From the NCBI GenBank assembly GCA_016790815.1, contig JAEUOG010000004.1, forward strand, positions 987 through 64,986: 64,000 nt of DNA, given 5' to 3'. This DNA is from Dechloromonas sp. (GTDB taxonomy: Bacteria > Pseudomonadota > Gammaproteobacteria > Burkholderiales > Rhodocyclaceae). Position numbers and translations under genes: made by a program. Below are positions 40,890-52,300 of the stretch, piece by piece (the stretch's first letter is position 1; each line of letters starts with the position of its first letter). A model generated the notes under the pieces. It ran no database searches and was not told the origin of the DNA. It saw only the letters and a program-made list of their open reading frames with translations.

Positions 40890-42169
40890 TCCTATCCGTG
40901 ACGCCCTTGGCCGGCGCTGCGGCCAAGCTGCCGTCTGTCCTCGCCGTGCGCATCTGGCCGGCCGCCGACTACACACGCGTCACGCTCGAACACGATGCGC
41001 CGCTCAAATTCACGCATTTCACGGTTGAAAATCCTGACCGTCTCGTCGTTGATATCGAAGGCGTCGAATTCAACAGCGTTCTCGATAGTCTGGCCCGCAA
41101 GCTGACGACGGATGATCCGAACATCAAGCTGCTGCGTGCAGGCCGCTTCAAGCCGGGCGTCGTACGTCTGGTGATGGAGCTCAAGGGCAAGGTCAATCCG
41201 CAGGTGTTTACGCTGGAGCCGGCTGGTGAATACGGCCGCCGTCTGGTGCTTGATGTCTACCCGGTCAACCCGCCCGACCCGATGATGGCCTTGATTGAAG
41301 GTCGCAAGGATGCCGTCGAGCCGCTGAAGAACGAGCAGGATTTCCAGATTGCCGAAAAGCGGCCGGATGACGCCGTTGCGAAAAAACCTGAAAAGCAGGT
41401 CGAAGCGCCGGAAGTGCATACCAGCAAAAAATCCGGCAAGCCGATTGTGGACCGTCTGGTCACCATCACGCTGGACCCCGGTCATGGTGGCGAAGATCCC
41501 GGGGCCGTTGGCAAGGCTGGAACCTACGAAAAGAACGTGACGCTCCAAGTTGCCCGCCGCCTCAAGGCGCGCATCGACGCCGAGCCGAACATGCGTGCCG
41601 TGCTGACCCGCGATTCGGATTTTTTCGTGCCGCTGCAGATGCGTGTCCAGAAAGCCCGGCGCGTCCAGTCCGACCTCTTCCTGTCGATTCACGCCGATGC
41701 CTGGATCAGGCCCGACGCGCGCGGTTCATCCGTTTTCGTTCTGTCCGAAAAGGGTGCGTCGAGTACGCAGGCCCGCCTGCTGGCCCAGAAGGAAAATCAG
41801 GCCGACCTGATCGGCGGCGTCAACATCGGCAGCAAGGATCTGTTCCTTGCCCGTACGCTGCTCGACCTGTCGCAGACCGGCACGATCAACGACAGCCTGA
41901 AATTGGGAAAATACCTGCTTGGCGAACTGGGTTCGATCAATACCCTGCACAAGGCCCATGTCGAGCAAGCCGGCTTTGCCGTGCTCAAGGCACCGGATAT
42001 TCCATCCGCACTGATCGAGACTGCCTTCATCTCCAATCCGGAGGAGGAGGCCCGCCTGAACGACGACGCGTATCAGGAAAAACTGGCCGGGGCGATCGTG
42101 CGCGGCATCCGGCAATACTTCATCAAGCACCCGCCCGGACCGAAGGCCAAGCTGGCCTTGCTCGGTTAA
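40823..42169 (+). CDS. amiC: N-acetylmuramoyl-L-alanine amidase AmiC
   Basis: Tat leader RRQLL, AMIN domain, LDPGHGGEDPGA, SIHAD, ETAFISN. Confidence 0.93.
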   Translation: MSKHAHPSHGRRQLLRYAGASLILSVTPLAGAAAKLPSVLAVRIWPAADYTRVTLEHDAPLKFTHFTVENPDRLVVDIEGVEFNSVLDSLARKLTTDDPNIKLLRAGRFKPGVVRLVMELKGKVNPQVFTLEPAGEYGRRLVLDVYPVNPPDPMMALIEGRKDAVEPLKNEQDFQIAEKRPDDAVAKKPEKQVEAPEVHTSKKSGKPIVDRLVTITLDPGHGGEDPGAVGKAGTYEKNVTLQVARRLKARIDAEPNMRAVLTRDSDFFVPLQMRVQKARRVQSDLFLSIHADAWIRPDARGSSVFVLSEKGASSTQARLLAQKENQADLIGGVNIGSKDLFLARTLLDLSQTGTINDSLKLGKYLLGELGSINTLHKAHVEQAGFAVLKAPDIPSALIETAFISNPEEEARLNDDAYQEKLAGAIVRGIRQYFIKHPPGPKAKLALLG

Positions 42170-43203
42170 AACAGCTCGACTTCGCCCTTGGCGATTTCCT
42201 TGGCGGCTACCTTGCCTGACGCAACCAGCCTTTCGTAGCAGTCGACCCTGTTTCGGCCATGGCGCTTGGCAAAATAGAGCGCCTCATCGGCACGATCAAT
42301 GGCATCGGTTGGCGTGTCGTTGGGCATCAGTGCGCTGAACCCGATGCTCACGGTGATGTGACCAACGCGGCTGAATAATTGCTTTTCGACATTGGTGCGG
42401 AAGCGCTCCAGGGTCGCGACAGCGAATTGCTCTTCAGTTGGCTGCAGCAGGGCGATGAATTCCTCGCCGCCAAAACGGAACAACTGATCATCGAAGCGGA
42501 AGGATTGGCGCATTTCTTGTGCCAGCATGATCAGCACTTCATCGCCGATCAGATGGCCATGCGTGTCATTGACCTGTTTGAAATGATCGATGTCGCAGAC
42601 AGCCAGCCAGTGAGTGCTGCCGGGCGTACCGCGTCTCCGGCTTTCCGGGCCGCTGAGCATTTCGTCGCTCGCCGCCTTGCCGAGCAATTCAAAAAGGTGC
42701 TTGTCAAAAGTCTTGCGGCTGGCCAGCCCAGTCAGGGTGTCAGCTTCGCCGTAGTCAAGCAGCGAGATGTGGTTGCCGAAGTACTCAACCAGCCCCATCA
42801 GTGTCACGCGGTGGTCGGCGGAAAAGTCGTCGGCGAGAATCAGTTCGATGAGGTAGATGGGCTCATCGAGACGGATAACCGGAAAAACGATCCGATGCGT
42901 GCCGTTGTCGAGAAATTCTATGACAGCCGAGCGCTCTTTCCGGCAACGGTTGAGCAGCGGATTGCGCTCGATCGGGTGGCAGTAGCGGTGATCCGGAAGG
43001 TAGGCGTTGCGAAGGAACTGGCCGTTCGGGCCATATCCCGCACAGGCAAAGACCATCGCCTTCTTGTTCCCCGCGTAACAACGGTAGATGGTCAGGCTTT
43101 GTGGCGAGAACAAACCGATCAACGTATCTATCATGGCCGAATTTATCTCGGTGCGATCTCGTCGCGCCGAAATCCGGACTACATGGCTGATTAGTTCGAG
43201 CAT
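42166..43203 (-). CDS. Diguanylate cyclase (GGEEF) with N-terminal GAF-like region
   Basis: DTLTGL, DIDHFKQVND, RFDD I-site, RFGGEEF. Confidence 0.92.
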   Translation of the reverse strand: MLELISHVVRISARRDRTEINSAMIDTLIGLFSPQSLTIYRCYAGNKKAMVFACAGYGPNGQFLRNAYLPDHRYCHPIERNPLLNRCRKERSAVIEFLDNGTHRIVFPVIRLDEPIYLIELILADDFSADHRVTLMGLVEYFGNHISLLDYGEADTLTGLASRKTFDKHLFELLGKAASDEMLSGPESRRRGTPGSTHWLAVCDIDHFKQVNDTHGHLIGDEVLIMLAQEMRQSFRFDDQLFRFGGEEFIALLQPTEEQFAVATLERFRTNVEKQLFSRVGHITVSIGFSALMPNDTPTDAIDRADEALYFAKRHGRNRVDCYERLVASGKVAAKEIAKGEVELF

Positions 43204-43366
43204 GAAATTGCTGGCGGTTTGATTTAGGTTAACCCGCTAATTATAACGACAAGGTGCGTCGGGTGTTTCTTGCTTGGATCGGCCCGTAGTCAGAGGAAGG
43301 AATCTTCAGGTATCCGCGGGCTGCCTTAAATCGTTATAATTCAACGTTTTTCCTGCCAATTTGCTT

Positions 43367-44287
43367 ATGCGCGTTTTCCGCGGTCATTCGCGTCCTGTTC
43401 CTGCTCCGGTTGTGCTCGCCATCGGCAATTTCGATGGCGTTCACCTTGGGCATGCGGCGTTAATAAAGCGCCTTGCTCAAGTTGCCGAAGAGGGTGAGTT
43501 GGTGCCGATGGTGCTGACCTTCGAACCGCACCCCCGTGAGTTTTTTGCACCGGACTCGGCGCCAGCCCGATTGACGACCTTGCGTGAGAAGTTGGAGCTC
43601 CTGGCCGAGTGCGGCGCGCGCCAGGCGATGATTTGTCCATTCAATGCGACTTTTGCCGCACTTTCTGCCGAAGAGTTCATCGAGCAGGTGCTGGTTCGCG
43701 GTTGCCAACTGCGGCATTTGATCATCGGCGATGATTTTCGCTTTGGTCGCGGCCGCACCGGTGATTTTTCCCTGCTTCAGGACGCCGGCCAGCGATTTGG
43801 CTTTGTCGTCGAGGCGATGGGCAGCGTGATGGCTGACGGCGAGCGTGTGTCCAGTTCCGCAGTCCGCCGGGCGTTGGTGGCGGGCAACATGGAACACGCA
43901 GCGCGGTTGTTGGGTCGCCCTTACATCATCGATGGACAGGTGTCGCACGGACAAAAACTCGGGCGACAGATCGGTTTTGCGACGGCCAATTTGCGCATCA
44001 AGCACAACCCTTTGCCGATGACGGGCGTTTTTGCCGTCGAGGTCAGCGGTCTCGGCGAAAAGCCGCTTCCCGGTGTTGCCAATCTTGGCGTCCGGCCAAC
44101 GGTCGGCGGGACTCGGCCCTTGCTGGAAGTCCATCTCTTCGATTTCGATCGCGATATTTATGGTGCGCACATCTCGGTGCGTTTCGTCCATAAATTGCGC
44201 GACGAACAACGTTTTCCCAATATTGATGCCCTCAAGGCGCAGATAGCGGCAGATGCCGCGGCTGCAAGGGCTTTCTTCGAGCTGTGA
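43367..44287 (+). CDS. ribF: Riboflavin kinase / FAD synthetase
   Basis: GNFDGVHLGH, VSSSAVR, GFATAN, LEVHLFDF. Confidence 0.97.
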   Translation: MRVFRGHSRPVPAPVVLAIGNFDGVHLGHAALIKRLAQVAEEGELVPMVLTFEPHPREFFAPDSAPARLTTLREKLELLAECGARQAMICPFNATFAALSAEEFIEQVLVRGCQLRHLIIGDDFRFGRGRTGDFSLLQDAGQRFGFVVEAMGSVMADGERVSSSAVRRALVAGNMEHAARLLGRPYIIDGQVSHGQKLGRQIGFATANLRIKHNPLPMTGVFAVEVSGLGEKPLPGVANLGVRPTVGGTRPLLEVHLFDFDRDIYGAHISVRFVHKLRDEQRFPNIDALKAQIAADAAAARAFFEL

Positions 44288-44296
44288 GCACGCAAA

Positions 44297-47095
44297 ATGG
44301 CTGATTACAAAGACACCCTGAACCTGCCGGATACGGCTTTCCCGATGCGCGGCGACCTGCCCATGCGCGAGCCGCAGTGGGTCGCCCAATGGCAGGAGAA
44401 AAAACTCTACCAGCGCATCCGCGAGGTTTGTGCCGGACGTCCGCGTTTCGTCCTGCACGATGGCCCTCCCTACGCGAATGGCGATATTCATATCGGCCAT
44501 GCGGTCAACAAGGTGTTGAAGGACATCATCGTCCGCACGAAAACGCTGAGCGGTTTTGATGCCCCTTACGTGCCGGGATGGGACTGCCATGGCCTGCCCA
44601 TCGAGCACCAGATCGAGAAGCAGCATGGCAAGAACATTCCCGCCGACAAGGTGCGTGAATTGTCGCGCGCCTATGCGGCCGAGCAGGTCGAGCGTCAGAA
44701 GAAGGACTTCATCCGTCTTGGCGTGCTGGGCGACTGGGGCAATCCTTACCTGACCATGAATTTTGCTGCCGAGGCCGGCGAAATCCGTGCGCTGGGCAAG
44801 ATTCTGGAGCAAGGCTACCTCTATCAGGGCTTGAAGCCGGTCAATTGGTGTCTGGACTGCGGTTCGGCGCTGGCCGAAGCCGAGGTCGAGTACGAAGACA
44901 AGAACTCGCCGGCGATCGATGTGGCTTTCGAAGTGCATGAGAATCACGCTGAAAAGCTGGCCCACGCCTTTGGTCTGACCCATCTGCGTAGCCCCGCTTT
45001 CGCGGTGATCTGGACAACGACCCCGTGGACGCTGCCGGCCAACGAGGCAGTCAGCGTGCATCCCGAGTTGTATTACGACCTTTACGAAACCGCCAAGGGC
45101 TCGCTGATCCTGGTGCATGAACTGGCCGAGGCTTGCCTGCAGCGTTACGGCCTGGAAGCCGAAATCGTCGCTTCCTGCAAAGGTGAGAAGCTTGATCAGA
45201 TCCTGTTGAAACACCCGTTCCAGCAGCGTGACGTGGCGATCATCTGCGGCACGCACGTAACGACCGAGGCCGGTACCGGCCTGGTGCACACCGCGCCGGC
45301 GCATGGCGTGGACGACTACAACATCGGCAAAAAATACGGCCTGCCGGTAAACAACCCGGTTGGCAACGATGGGCGTTTCATCAGCACGACGCCGGCGCTG
45401 TCGGTGGGCGAACTGGCCGGCAAGACGGTCTGGGAAGCCAATCCGCTGGTGCTGCAGGAACTGGAATCCTGCGGTCGACTGCTCAAAAACGAGAAAATCA
45501 AACACAGCTACCCGCACTGCTGGCGCCACAAGACACCGATCATCTTCCGCGCCACGACGCAATGGTTCATCGGCATGGACAACAAGACCAGCGAAGATGC
45601 CTCGACCCTGCGCTGGATCGCCGAACGTGCTGTCGATGAAACGCAGTTTTTTCCGGCCTGGGGGCGCGCCCGCTTGGAAGGCATGATGAAGACCCGCCCC
45701 GACTGGTGCGTTTCGCGCCAGCGCAACTGGGGCGTGCCGATCCCGTTCTTCCTGCACAAGGAAACCGGCAAGCCGCATCCGCGTACCGCCGAGTTGATCG
45801 AGCAGGTGGCTTTGCGCGTCGAGAAGGCCGGCATCGAAGCCTGGTTCAGCCTTGACGCAGCCGAGTTGCTCGGCGCCGAAGCCGAGCAGTACGTCAAGAT
45901 GAAGGATACGCTGGACGTCTGGTTCGATTCCGGGACGACGCATTGGCACGTTATGCGCGGTTCGCATGCCGCCGAGCACACCTATCCCGCTGACCTCTAC
46001 CTCGAAGGCTCCGATCAGCATCGCGGCTGGTTCCAGTCCTCGCTGCTTTCCGGCTGCGCCATCGACGGCCGTGCGCCTTACAAGGCGTTGCTGACCCACG
46101 GTTTCGTGGTTGACGGCAAGGGCCACAAGATGTCGAAGTCCAAAGGCAACGTCATCGCGCCGCAGACGGTTTCCGACAAGATGGGCGCCGACATCCTGCG
46201 CCTATGGACGGCCTCGACCGACTACTCGGGTGAGCTGACCATTTCCGACGAAATTCTCAAGCGCGTGGTCGAAGGCTACCGCCGCATCCGCAACACGCTG
46301 CGCTTCCTGCTCGCCAACGTCTCCGATTTCGATGCCAAGGCCGACATGCTGCCGGTCGGGCAATGGCTGGAAATCGACCGTTACGCGCTGGCCCTGACCC
46401 GCGAGTTGCAGGGCGGTTGCTGCGCCGACTACGACAAATACGAATTTCACCGCGTCGTTCAGGCCCTGCAGACCTTTTGCTCCGAAGATCTTGGCGGCTT
46501 CTACCTCGATATCCTCAAGGATCGTCTATACACGACGGCACCCAAGTCAGTCGCTCGCCGTTCGGCGCAGTCCGCGCTGTGGCACATCACGCAAGCATTC
46601 GTTCGCCTGCTCGCACCCATTACTGCCTTCACTGCTGAAGAGGTCTGGCAGGTGCTGACCGGCAAGGCCGAGGACTCGGTGATGTTCCAGCAATGGCACG
46701 ATCTGCCGGCGCAGGCCGGAGAGGGCGATCTGCTCGCCAAGTGGGCGTTGATCCGTACGGTACGTGCAGACGTGACCAAGGCGCTCGAAGCCCAGCGCGA
46801 AGCCGGCAAGATCGGTTCCGCATTGCAGGCCGCAGTCGAAATCCACTGCGCTGGCGAAAAGTTCGACGCGCTGGCCTCGCTCGGCGACGATTTGAAATTC
46901 GTGCTTATTTGCTCGTCGACCGTAGCAATCAGAGACGAGAACGAGCAAGTCATCGCGACGCCGCTCGAGCACGCCAAATGCGAACGCTGCTGGCACGTCC
47001 GCGACGATGTCGGTGCCCATGCCGAGCATCCCGGGCTGTGCGGTCGTTGTGTGAGCAACCTGCACGGCGCAGGCGAGGCGCGCGCGCATGCCTAA
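44297..47095 (+). CDS. ileS: Isoleucine--tRNA ligase
   Basis: [19 protein letters not shown]-terminal CERCW..CGRC. Confidence 0.99.
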   Translation: MADYKDTLNLPDTAFPMRGDLPMREPQWVAQWQEKKLYQRIREVCAGRPRFVLHDGPPYANGDIHIGHAVNKVLKDIIVRTKTLSGFDAPYVPGWDCHGLPIEHQIEKQHGKNIPADKVRELSRAYAAEQVERQKKDFIRLGVLGDWGNPYLTMNFAAEAGEIRALGKILEQGYLYQGLKPVNWCLDCGSALAEAEVEYEDKNSPAIDVAFEVHENHAEKLAHAFGLTHLRSPAFAVIWTTTPWTLPANEAVSVHPELYYDLYETAKGSLILVHELAEACLQRYGLEAEIVASCKGEKLDQILLKHPFQQRDVAIICGTHVTTEAGTGLVHTAPAHGVDDYNIGKKYGLPVNNPVGNDGRFISTTPALSVGELAGKTVWEANPLVLQELESCGRLLKNEKIKHSYPHCWRHKTPIIFRATTQWFIGMDNKTSEDASTLRWIAERAVDETQFFPAWGRARLEGMMKTRPDWCVSRQRNWGVPIPFFLHKETGKPHPRTAELIEQVALRVEKAGIEAWFSLDAAELLGAEAEQYVKMKDTLDVWFDSGTTHWHVMRGSHAAEHTYPADLYLEGSDQHRGWFQSSLLSGCAIDGRAPYKALLTHGFVVDGKGHKMSKSKGNVIAPQTVSDKMGADILRLWTASTDYSGELTISDEILKRVVEGYRRIRNTLRFLLANVSDFDAKADMLPVGQWLEIDRYALALTRELQGGCCADYDKYEFHRVVQALQTFCSEDLGGFYLDILKDRLYTTAPKSVARRSAQSALWHITQAFVRLLAPITAFTAEEVWQVLTGKAEDSVMFQQWHDLPAQAGEGDLLAKWALIRTVRADVTKALEAQREAGKIGSALQAAVEIHCAGEKFDALASLGDDLKFVLICSSTVAIRDENEQVIATPLEHAKCERCWHVRDDVGAHAEHPGLCGRCVSNLHGAGEARAHA
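45469..45502 (-). repeat. Dispersed motif copy inside ileS
   Basis: Reverse complement TTTGATTT-TCTCGTT-TTTGA-GCA-GTCGAC-CGCAG. Confidence 0.7.
46892..46925 (+). repeat. Dispersed motif copy inside the ileS 3' end
   Basis: TTGAAATT-CGTGCTT-ATTTG-CTC-GTCGAC-CGTAG. Confidence 0.65.
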
Positions 47096-47567
47096 TGTCG
47101 GGCGCTGGTACGCGCTGGCCGGGCTGGTTGTTGTACTCGACCAGCTCAGCAAGTGGCTGGTGCTTGAGAACATCCGCTACGGCGAAACGATCTACGTCGC
47201 ACCGTTCTGGAACTGGGTGCTGGCCTTCAACCCCGGCGCTGCGTTCAGCCTTCTGGCTGACCAGCCAGGTTGGCAGCGCTGGTTTTTTACCGTGCTGGCG
47301 CTCGGCGTTTCCGGCTGGATCGCCTTCATGCTCCGCCAGCATCCCCAGCAAAAGCTGCTCTCGCTGGCCTTGACGCTGATCATGGGTGGTGCGCTGGGCA
47401 ACGTCATCGACCGCGTTCGTTTTGGCGCCGTGGTTGATTTTGTCCAATGGCACGTCGCCGGCTACTACTGGCCGGCTTTCAACGTCGCCGATGCTGCCAT
47501 CACGATCGGCGCCGTTTTGCTCGTTATTGAGCAGTTGACCGCAACCAACAAAAAAGAGAATTCCTGA
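47088..47567 (+). CDS. lspA: Lipoprotein signal peptidase
   Basis: [25 protein letters not shown]. Confidence 0.97.
   Translation: MPNVGRWYALAGLVVVLDQLSKWLVLENIRYGETIYVAPFWNWVLAFNPGAAFSLLADQPGWQRWFFTVLALGVSGWIAFMLRQHPQQKLLSLALTLIMGGALGNVIDRVRFGAVVDFVQWHVAGYYWPAFNVADAAITIGAVLLVIEQLTATNKKENS
47511..47544 (+). repeat. Dispersed motif copy inside the lspA 3' end
   Basis: GCCGTTTT-GCTCGTT-ATTGA-GCA-GTTGAC-CGCAA. Confidence 0.55.
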
Positions 47568-47998
47568 TGACCGCTACCGTCCGCTCCGACAGCTTTTTGA
47601 CCCTGCACTACCGAATCACGACGGTGGATGGCGAAGAGTTTCTCTCCACCTTCGACATGAGCCCGGCCACCCTGCAAATGGGCAGCGGCCAACTGGCCGA
47701 GAACCTTGAATCGGTGCTGATCGGCCTGCCGGCGCATGAGCGATTCGTCTTTGAACTGGAGCCGGCGCAGGGTTTTGGCATGCACAATGATCGCCTCGTC
47801 GAACGCATCGCCCGCGCCGGTTTGCCGGCCGATATGGAACTCAAGGAAAATTCCGTCGTCGAATTCACCGCCCCCAACGGCGGCACCTTCGCCGGCTTCC
47901 TGCGCGAGCTTGATGCCACGCACGCCCTGTTCGACTTCAACCACCCGATGGCCGGAAAAACGATCCGCTTCGAGGTGGAAATTATCGGAATCATGTAA
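47567..47998 (+). CDS. fkpB: FKBP-type PPIase (FkpB/SlpA)
   Basis: TLHY, DFNHPMAG; lspA-fkpB-ispH synteny. Confidence 0.9.
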   Translation: MTATVRSDSFLTLHYRITTVDGEEFLSTFDMSPATLQMGSGQLAENLESVLIGLPAHERFVFELEPAQGFGMHNDRLVERIARAGLPADMELKENSVVEFTAPNGGTFAGFLRELDATHALFDFNHPMAGKTIRFEVEIIGIM

Positions 47999-48928
47999 AT
48001 GCAAGTCATCCTCGCCAATCCCCGCGGCTTTTGTGCCGGTGTCGAACGCGCCATCGCCATTGTCGAGCGTGCCCTCGAAAAATTCGGCGCGCCGATCTAT
48101 GTCCGCCATGAAGTCGTGCACAACAAATTCGTCTGCGACGACCTGCGTTCCAAGGGGGCAGTTTTCATTGAGGAATTGAGCGAGGTTCCCTCCGGCAGCA
48201 CCGTGATTTTCAGCGCCCACGGTGTTTCCCAGGCTGTTCGCAGCGAAGCCGAACAGCGCGGCCTGAAGGTGTTCGATGCCACCTGCCCGCTGGTCACCAA
48301 AGTGCACGTCGAGGTCGGCAAGATGCGCAACCAGACCCGCGAAGTCGTCATGATTGGCCACAAGGGCCACCCGGAGGTCGAAGGAACGATGGGCCAGAGC
48401 AACGGGGGAATGTATCTGGTCGAAACGCTGGAGGATGTGGCTGGTTTGCAGGTCACCAATCCGGAAAACCTCTCCTTTGTCACCCAGACGACGCTGTCGG
48501 TAGATGACGCGACAATGGTTATTGATGCCCTCAGGGCCCGATTTCCCGATATACAGGGCCCCAAAAAGGATGACATCTGCTACGCCACGCAGAACCGTCA
48601 GGACGCTGTAAAAGCGTTAGCTGAACAGTGTGATCTGGTTATCGTGGTGGGGAGCCAAAATAGTTCGAATTCACGGCGATTGAGGGAGGTCGCGTTGGCG
48701 AGAGGTATCGATGGTTATCTCGTTGACGGGCCCGACGAAATAGATGTTGAGTGGCTGGTAGGCAAACAATGCATCGGCATCAGCGCGGGAGCATCGGCGC
48801 CGGAAATACTGGTCAACGAAGTAGTTGAGCGCCTTCGTCGTCTTAGTGGAGCCAGCGTGACCCAGCTCCTGGGCAGCGAAGAAAACGTATCGTTTCCTCT
48901 GCCCAGGGAACTCGCTGGAAAAGACTGA
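47999..48928 (+). CDS. ispH: HMBPP reductase
   Basis: [40 protein letters not shown]. Confidence 0.98.
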   Translation: MQVILANPRGFCAGVERAIAIVERALEKFGAPIYVRHEVVHNKFVCDDLRSKGAVFIEELSEVPSGSTVIFSAHGVSQAVRSEAEQRGLKVFDATCPLVTKVHVEVGKMRNQTREVVMIGHKGHPEVEGTMGQSNGGMYLVETLEDVAGLQVTNPENLSFVTQTTLSVDDATMVIDALRARFPDIQGPKKDDICYATQNRQDAVKALAEQCDLVIVVGSQNSSNSRRLREVALARGIDGYLVDGPDEIDVEWLVGKQCIGISAGASAPEILVNEVVERLRRLSGASVTQLLGSEENVSFPLPRELAGKD

Positions 48929-48943
48929 CTCAGGGCTACTTGG

Positions 48944-49327
48944 CTATTTCCAGCATCCCGTTCCAGAGGATGAGGTTTTCGCTCCCAAGTGAGTGATGCT
49001 GAGCGTGCCGCACTTATCGTTTAACTGGTCGCCCTTGGGGGTGGCCTGGATGGTATAGGTTGTGGCTGTTTGGGCACTGAATGCCAATGTATAGAAACCG
49101 GCGATAGATCCGTCGCAAGCTGTGAGCGCAGCATTGGCATAACTCATGTTTGCCGTGTAGTAACGTTCCATGAATTGGCTGCGTTCGATCATGCAACCCT
49201 CGACGCTCGAGCGCCGTGACTGGCGAGTGTGCTCAAGATAGCTGGGATAGGCAATGCTGGTGATGATTCCAATGATGGCGACGACAATCATCAGTTCAAT
49301 AAGCGTGAAACCCTTGGTTTTGTTCAT
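48944..49327 (-). CDS. pilE: Type IV minor pilin PilE (ComP-like fold)
   Basis: GFTLIELMIVV, YPSY, FMERYY, DKCGTLSI...CW. Confidence 0.92.
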   Translation of the reverse strand: MNKTKGFTLIELMIVVAIIGIITSIAYPSYLEHTRQSRRSSVEGCMIERSQFMERYYTANMSYANAALTACDGSIAGFYTLAFSAQTATTYTIQATPKGDQLNDKCGTLSITHLGAKTSSSGTGCWK

Positions 49328-49330
49328 GGC

Positions 49331-52300
49331 TTAGTTCCTTATGATTTCCCGCCAGGAGATGCGTCCTTGTGGAGGAATACCTGTATTGATCTTGCTGCTC
49401 GCGATGGTTTTTCCATCTTTGCTGCCACTGCCGCTAGCGACGATCTGTCCGCTACCGTCGTTGGACGCCAGTACCCCTGCCTGGCTGGTCAGGCCGATGC
49501 CCAGGTTCAGCGAGCCCGCAACACCCGAATAACCGTTGTTGAATACGAAGAACTGCCCGGTCAAACTGGCCCCTGTGAAGGCGTTCAGGGCGTTCAAATA
49601 GCCGCTACCCAGTTCGCAGGGGTCGTTCGCAACAGGAACGATTGAGCTGGCGATCAGTGTCGGTTCGGTAAAACGGTGCAGGGTCGATCCGGTAATGATG
49701 CGTTCGCCCTGCTGGGTACCTGATATTGGAAGTAAATCAAGATACCAGCCTTGTAGATCCTTCATGTCGTTTGCGGTCGACGTGGAGAAGGTCCGAATTT
49801 CCAGGTTGTCAGCGGTCGTTTCTAGCGCAATCGTCCGCTGCTTGAGTGTGCTTCGGTCGCTGGCGATCGATTCATTCGTGCTTGTTGGCGTGGTGATCAG
49901 GCCGTACCAGGTCTGAGTGCTCTTGTCGGTCAGGTCTCCACTGCGGAAGAACGAGCCCGTGCCGAAGAACAGGAAAACCTTTTGATAATTCGGATCAGTG
50001 CTGAGATAGTTTTTGTAAAGTGTGATTGGTGCGGTGATTGGCTGCAAAACAGTACCGCTTTTTGCAATGAACAGGGGTTTTGGGGTAGTTCCCTGTTTTA
50101 TGGCTGATCCCCAGCCGCTGACGGAACCTCCGGTCAGGTCGAACTTCCAGACATTGCCCTTGAGGTCACCTGCATAGACGTAATCAACGAATCCATCGCC
50201 ATTCTCATCCCAGAGGCCAGGAGTGGAGAGTCCGTTATCGGAGCCTACACCGGTGTCGATTTTCTTGATCAACGCTCCGGTCTTCAAATTGAAGATCATG
50301 AGCACGGCTTTCCCGTTGGTGCTGTTGTAACCGTTGCCGACGATAGCAGCCAGGAGGCCATCGGTGCTGCCGTCGTCAAGACGGGCAACCATCGGTTTTC
50401 CGAGCATGTAGCCAAGATCGGCATCAGAGGTCCCGGTATATTCCCAGAGAACATGGCCGGTTCCAAAGGAGGCTGGCGTGGTTATATCGAGGCCAAACAA
50501 GCCACGCGCGCCGCGCCCGAAAGTGGCGACGAGATAGGTCTCATCGAGAAAGGTGGTCGTCTTGCCGGCAATTGCGATGTCGCCATCGACGAAAAATTTG
50601 TGCTCGTAGTTTGCCAGTGTCAGCTGCTTTAGTCCGCCGAGAACAGCACCGGGAATATAGGCGAATGTTTCTACGCCGGTCTCACCGCTGAATGCATGCA
50701 GCATGCCATCGTTGGAGCCAACGTAAACAGTGTCGGTGACCGGATCGTAATTGGGGGACGAGTGCACCAGGTCGCCGAGCAGGCTGCTTCGGTTGCGCAG
50801 GGTGCCGCCGTTTTTCAGCTCATTGCTCTGGTCACCGCGCAGATAGTTGATCTCGTTGGCGCTTAGGCCGATCGCTCCGGCATTGGTGGCAATAAACGAG
50901 GCGCCGGCACCGCTGAGTCTCGTGAATATCTTTCGTGACCCATGCTCCGGAAGTTTCTTCGATGCCTCCCAGGCTGAAGTGGAACTAAGACCACTGCTGC
51001 TAACGCTATATGATTGCAAATCGCCGGACCAGTTGTCCGTGTTGAAGGTGGCGCTGAATACCTTGGACTGTGTGGTCAGACGGGTGCTGTTGGCGACGAC
51101 TGAGGCAGCGGAACTGATCCGTTTGGCAATGTTGTCGAGCACCTTCTTCAGGGAGTCGGCAAACTCCGTAGGGTTCTGGGCGTTGAAAAAGTCGCCGCGG
51201 CTGTTGACTGAGGCATGCAACAAGTCATCTATTTTGCCGGGATTGCTACCCACTGGGTCAGGCCAGGTTACCGTCGCTCCGCTGTCGATAGCCGCGAAGG
51301 CATCGGTAGAATTGACCGAGCCGCTGACCCCGAAGCCGACGCCGAAGGTTGTCATGTGTTGCCAGAATGCCGGATCCCGCAAGGTGAAGGGAACCTTGTT
51401 CTCGATGTCTGTGTTGAGGTCGTTCTTCCAGTAGTGCATCGCGACGTCGGCAAGTGTAGCGCTGTGCCCGTCTGTGAATGGCGACTTGGCCTCATACGTG
51501 TAACTCTTGCTATCGGGGCCGGTAACGGTAGGGCCGCCATTGCCGTCACTGTTCAGAGCGGCATTGCCTGTCGCACCCCACGCGTCGCCTTCCGTCCAGT
51601 AGCCATCTGTCATCAGGATCGTGTAGCTCTGGCGGCAGGCAGGGTAGGTGCCGCCGGTAGCGCCCGGTGTGGTGCTCCAGGGGCCGCGGACATCAGTGCG
51701 GCTATAGTACATGCCAACATCATGGAGCGCGCGACGCAGAGGGGTTCCTGCTGTCGGGATGGGGTGCTCATACAAGTCGGTGAAGAAGTTGCCGCGAGAG
51801 GTGCCGCTGAACAGGCGCACACCGCGTACAACCGTCCGTGTATCCACTTCGTCTATGGTGGTGCTTCCCTTGTTGATGGCACCAAAACCGACGCGAATAC
51901 GGGTTCCCTGAGCCGCGAAGGCGCGGCCGATACCGGCGCGGGCGGTCAGGATGCGGGAACGATAATAAGTGTACCAGTTGGCAAAATTCTGGATTTCCTG
52001 GTCGTAAGTGCAAACTCCATTTGTGCAGTCCGTCCGCGCTGCCCGGCCATGCCCGGAGTAGGTGTTTCCTGTCGTTATCTCGACTCTCAAGTAATTGCCG
52101 AGAACAAACTGCTCTCCGCCGTTATGCCAGAAATAAGTGGCTGGCCAATAAGTCTTGGAGGAGAGAGCGGGGGATATGCAGCCCGTGTTCGAGCCAGTCG
52201 TGCACTCTTCCCAGCGTGCGGTTTCGGTATTTGCAATCGTCAGGTTACGCGAACCGGCAGTTGTTTTTGCGGGATTGTGAAACGCGGCGGTTGGGTTGGC

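Noticed and set aside
44499-44532. Core-only matches of the motif (ileS HAVNK; also moaC near 4933, valS near 12235, holC near 14644, pilX near 53154)
   Set aside because: They lack the phased A/T tracts or are forced by conserved residues; the short core alone is expected by chance.
43460-46126. 888-aa antisense ORF, and similar ones opposite clpA, valS, argD and argG
   Set aside because: Shadow ORFs produced by high-GC codon bias of the real genes; no recognisable motifs.
50829-50843. RGD motif in PilY1 as an integrin-binding site
   Set aside because: YLRGD is a generally conserved PilY1 structural segment; there is no evidence of host binding.
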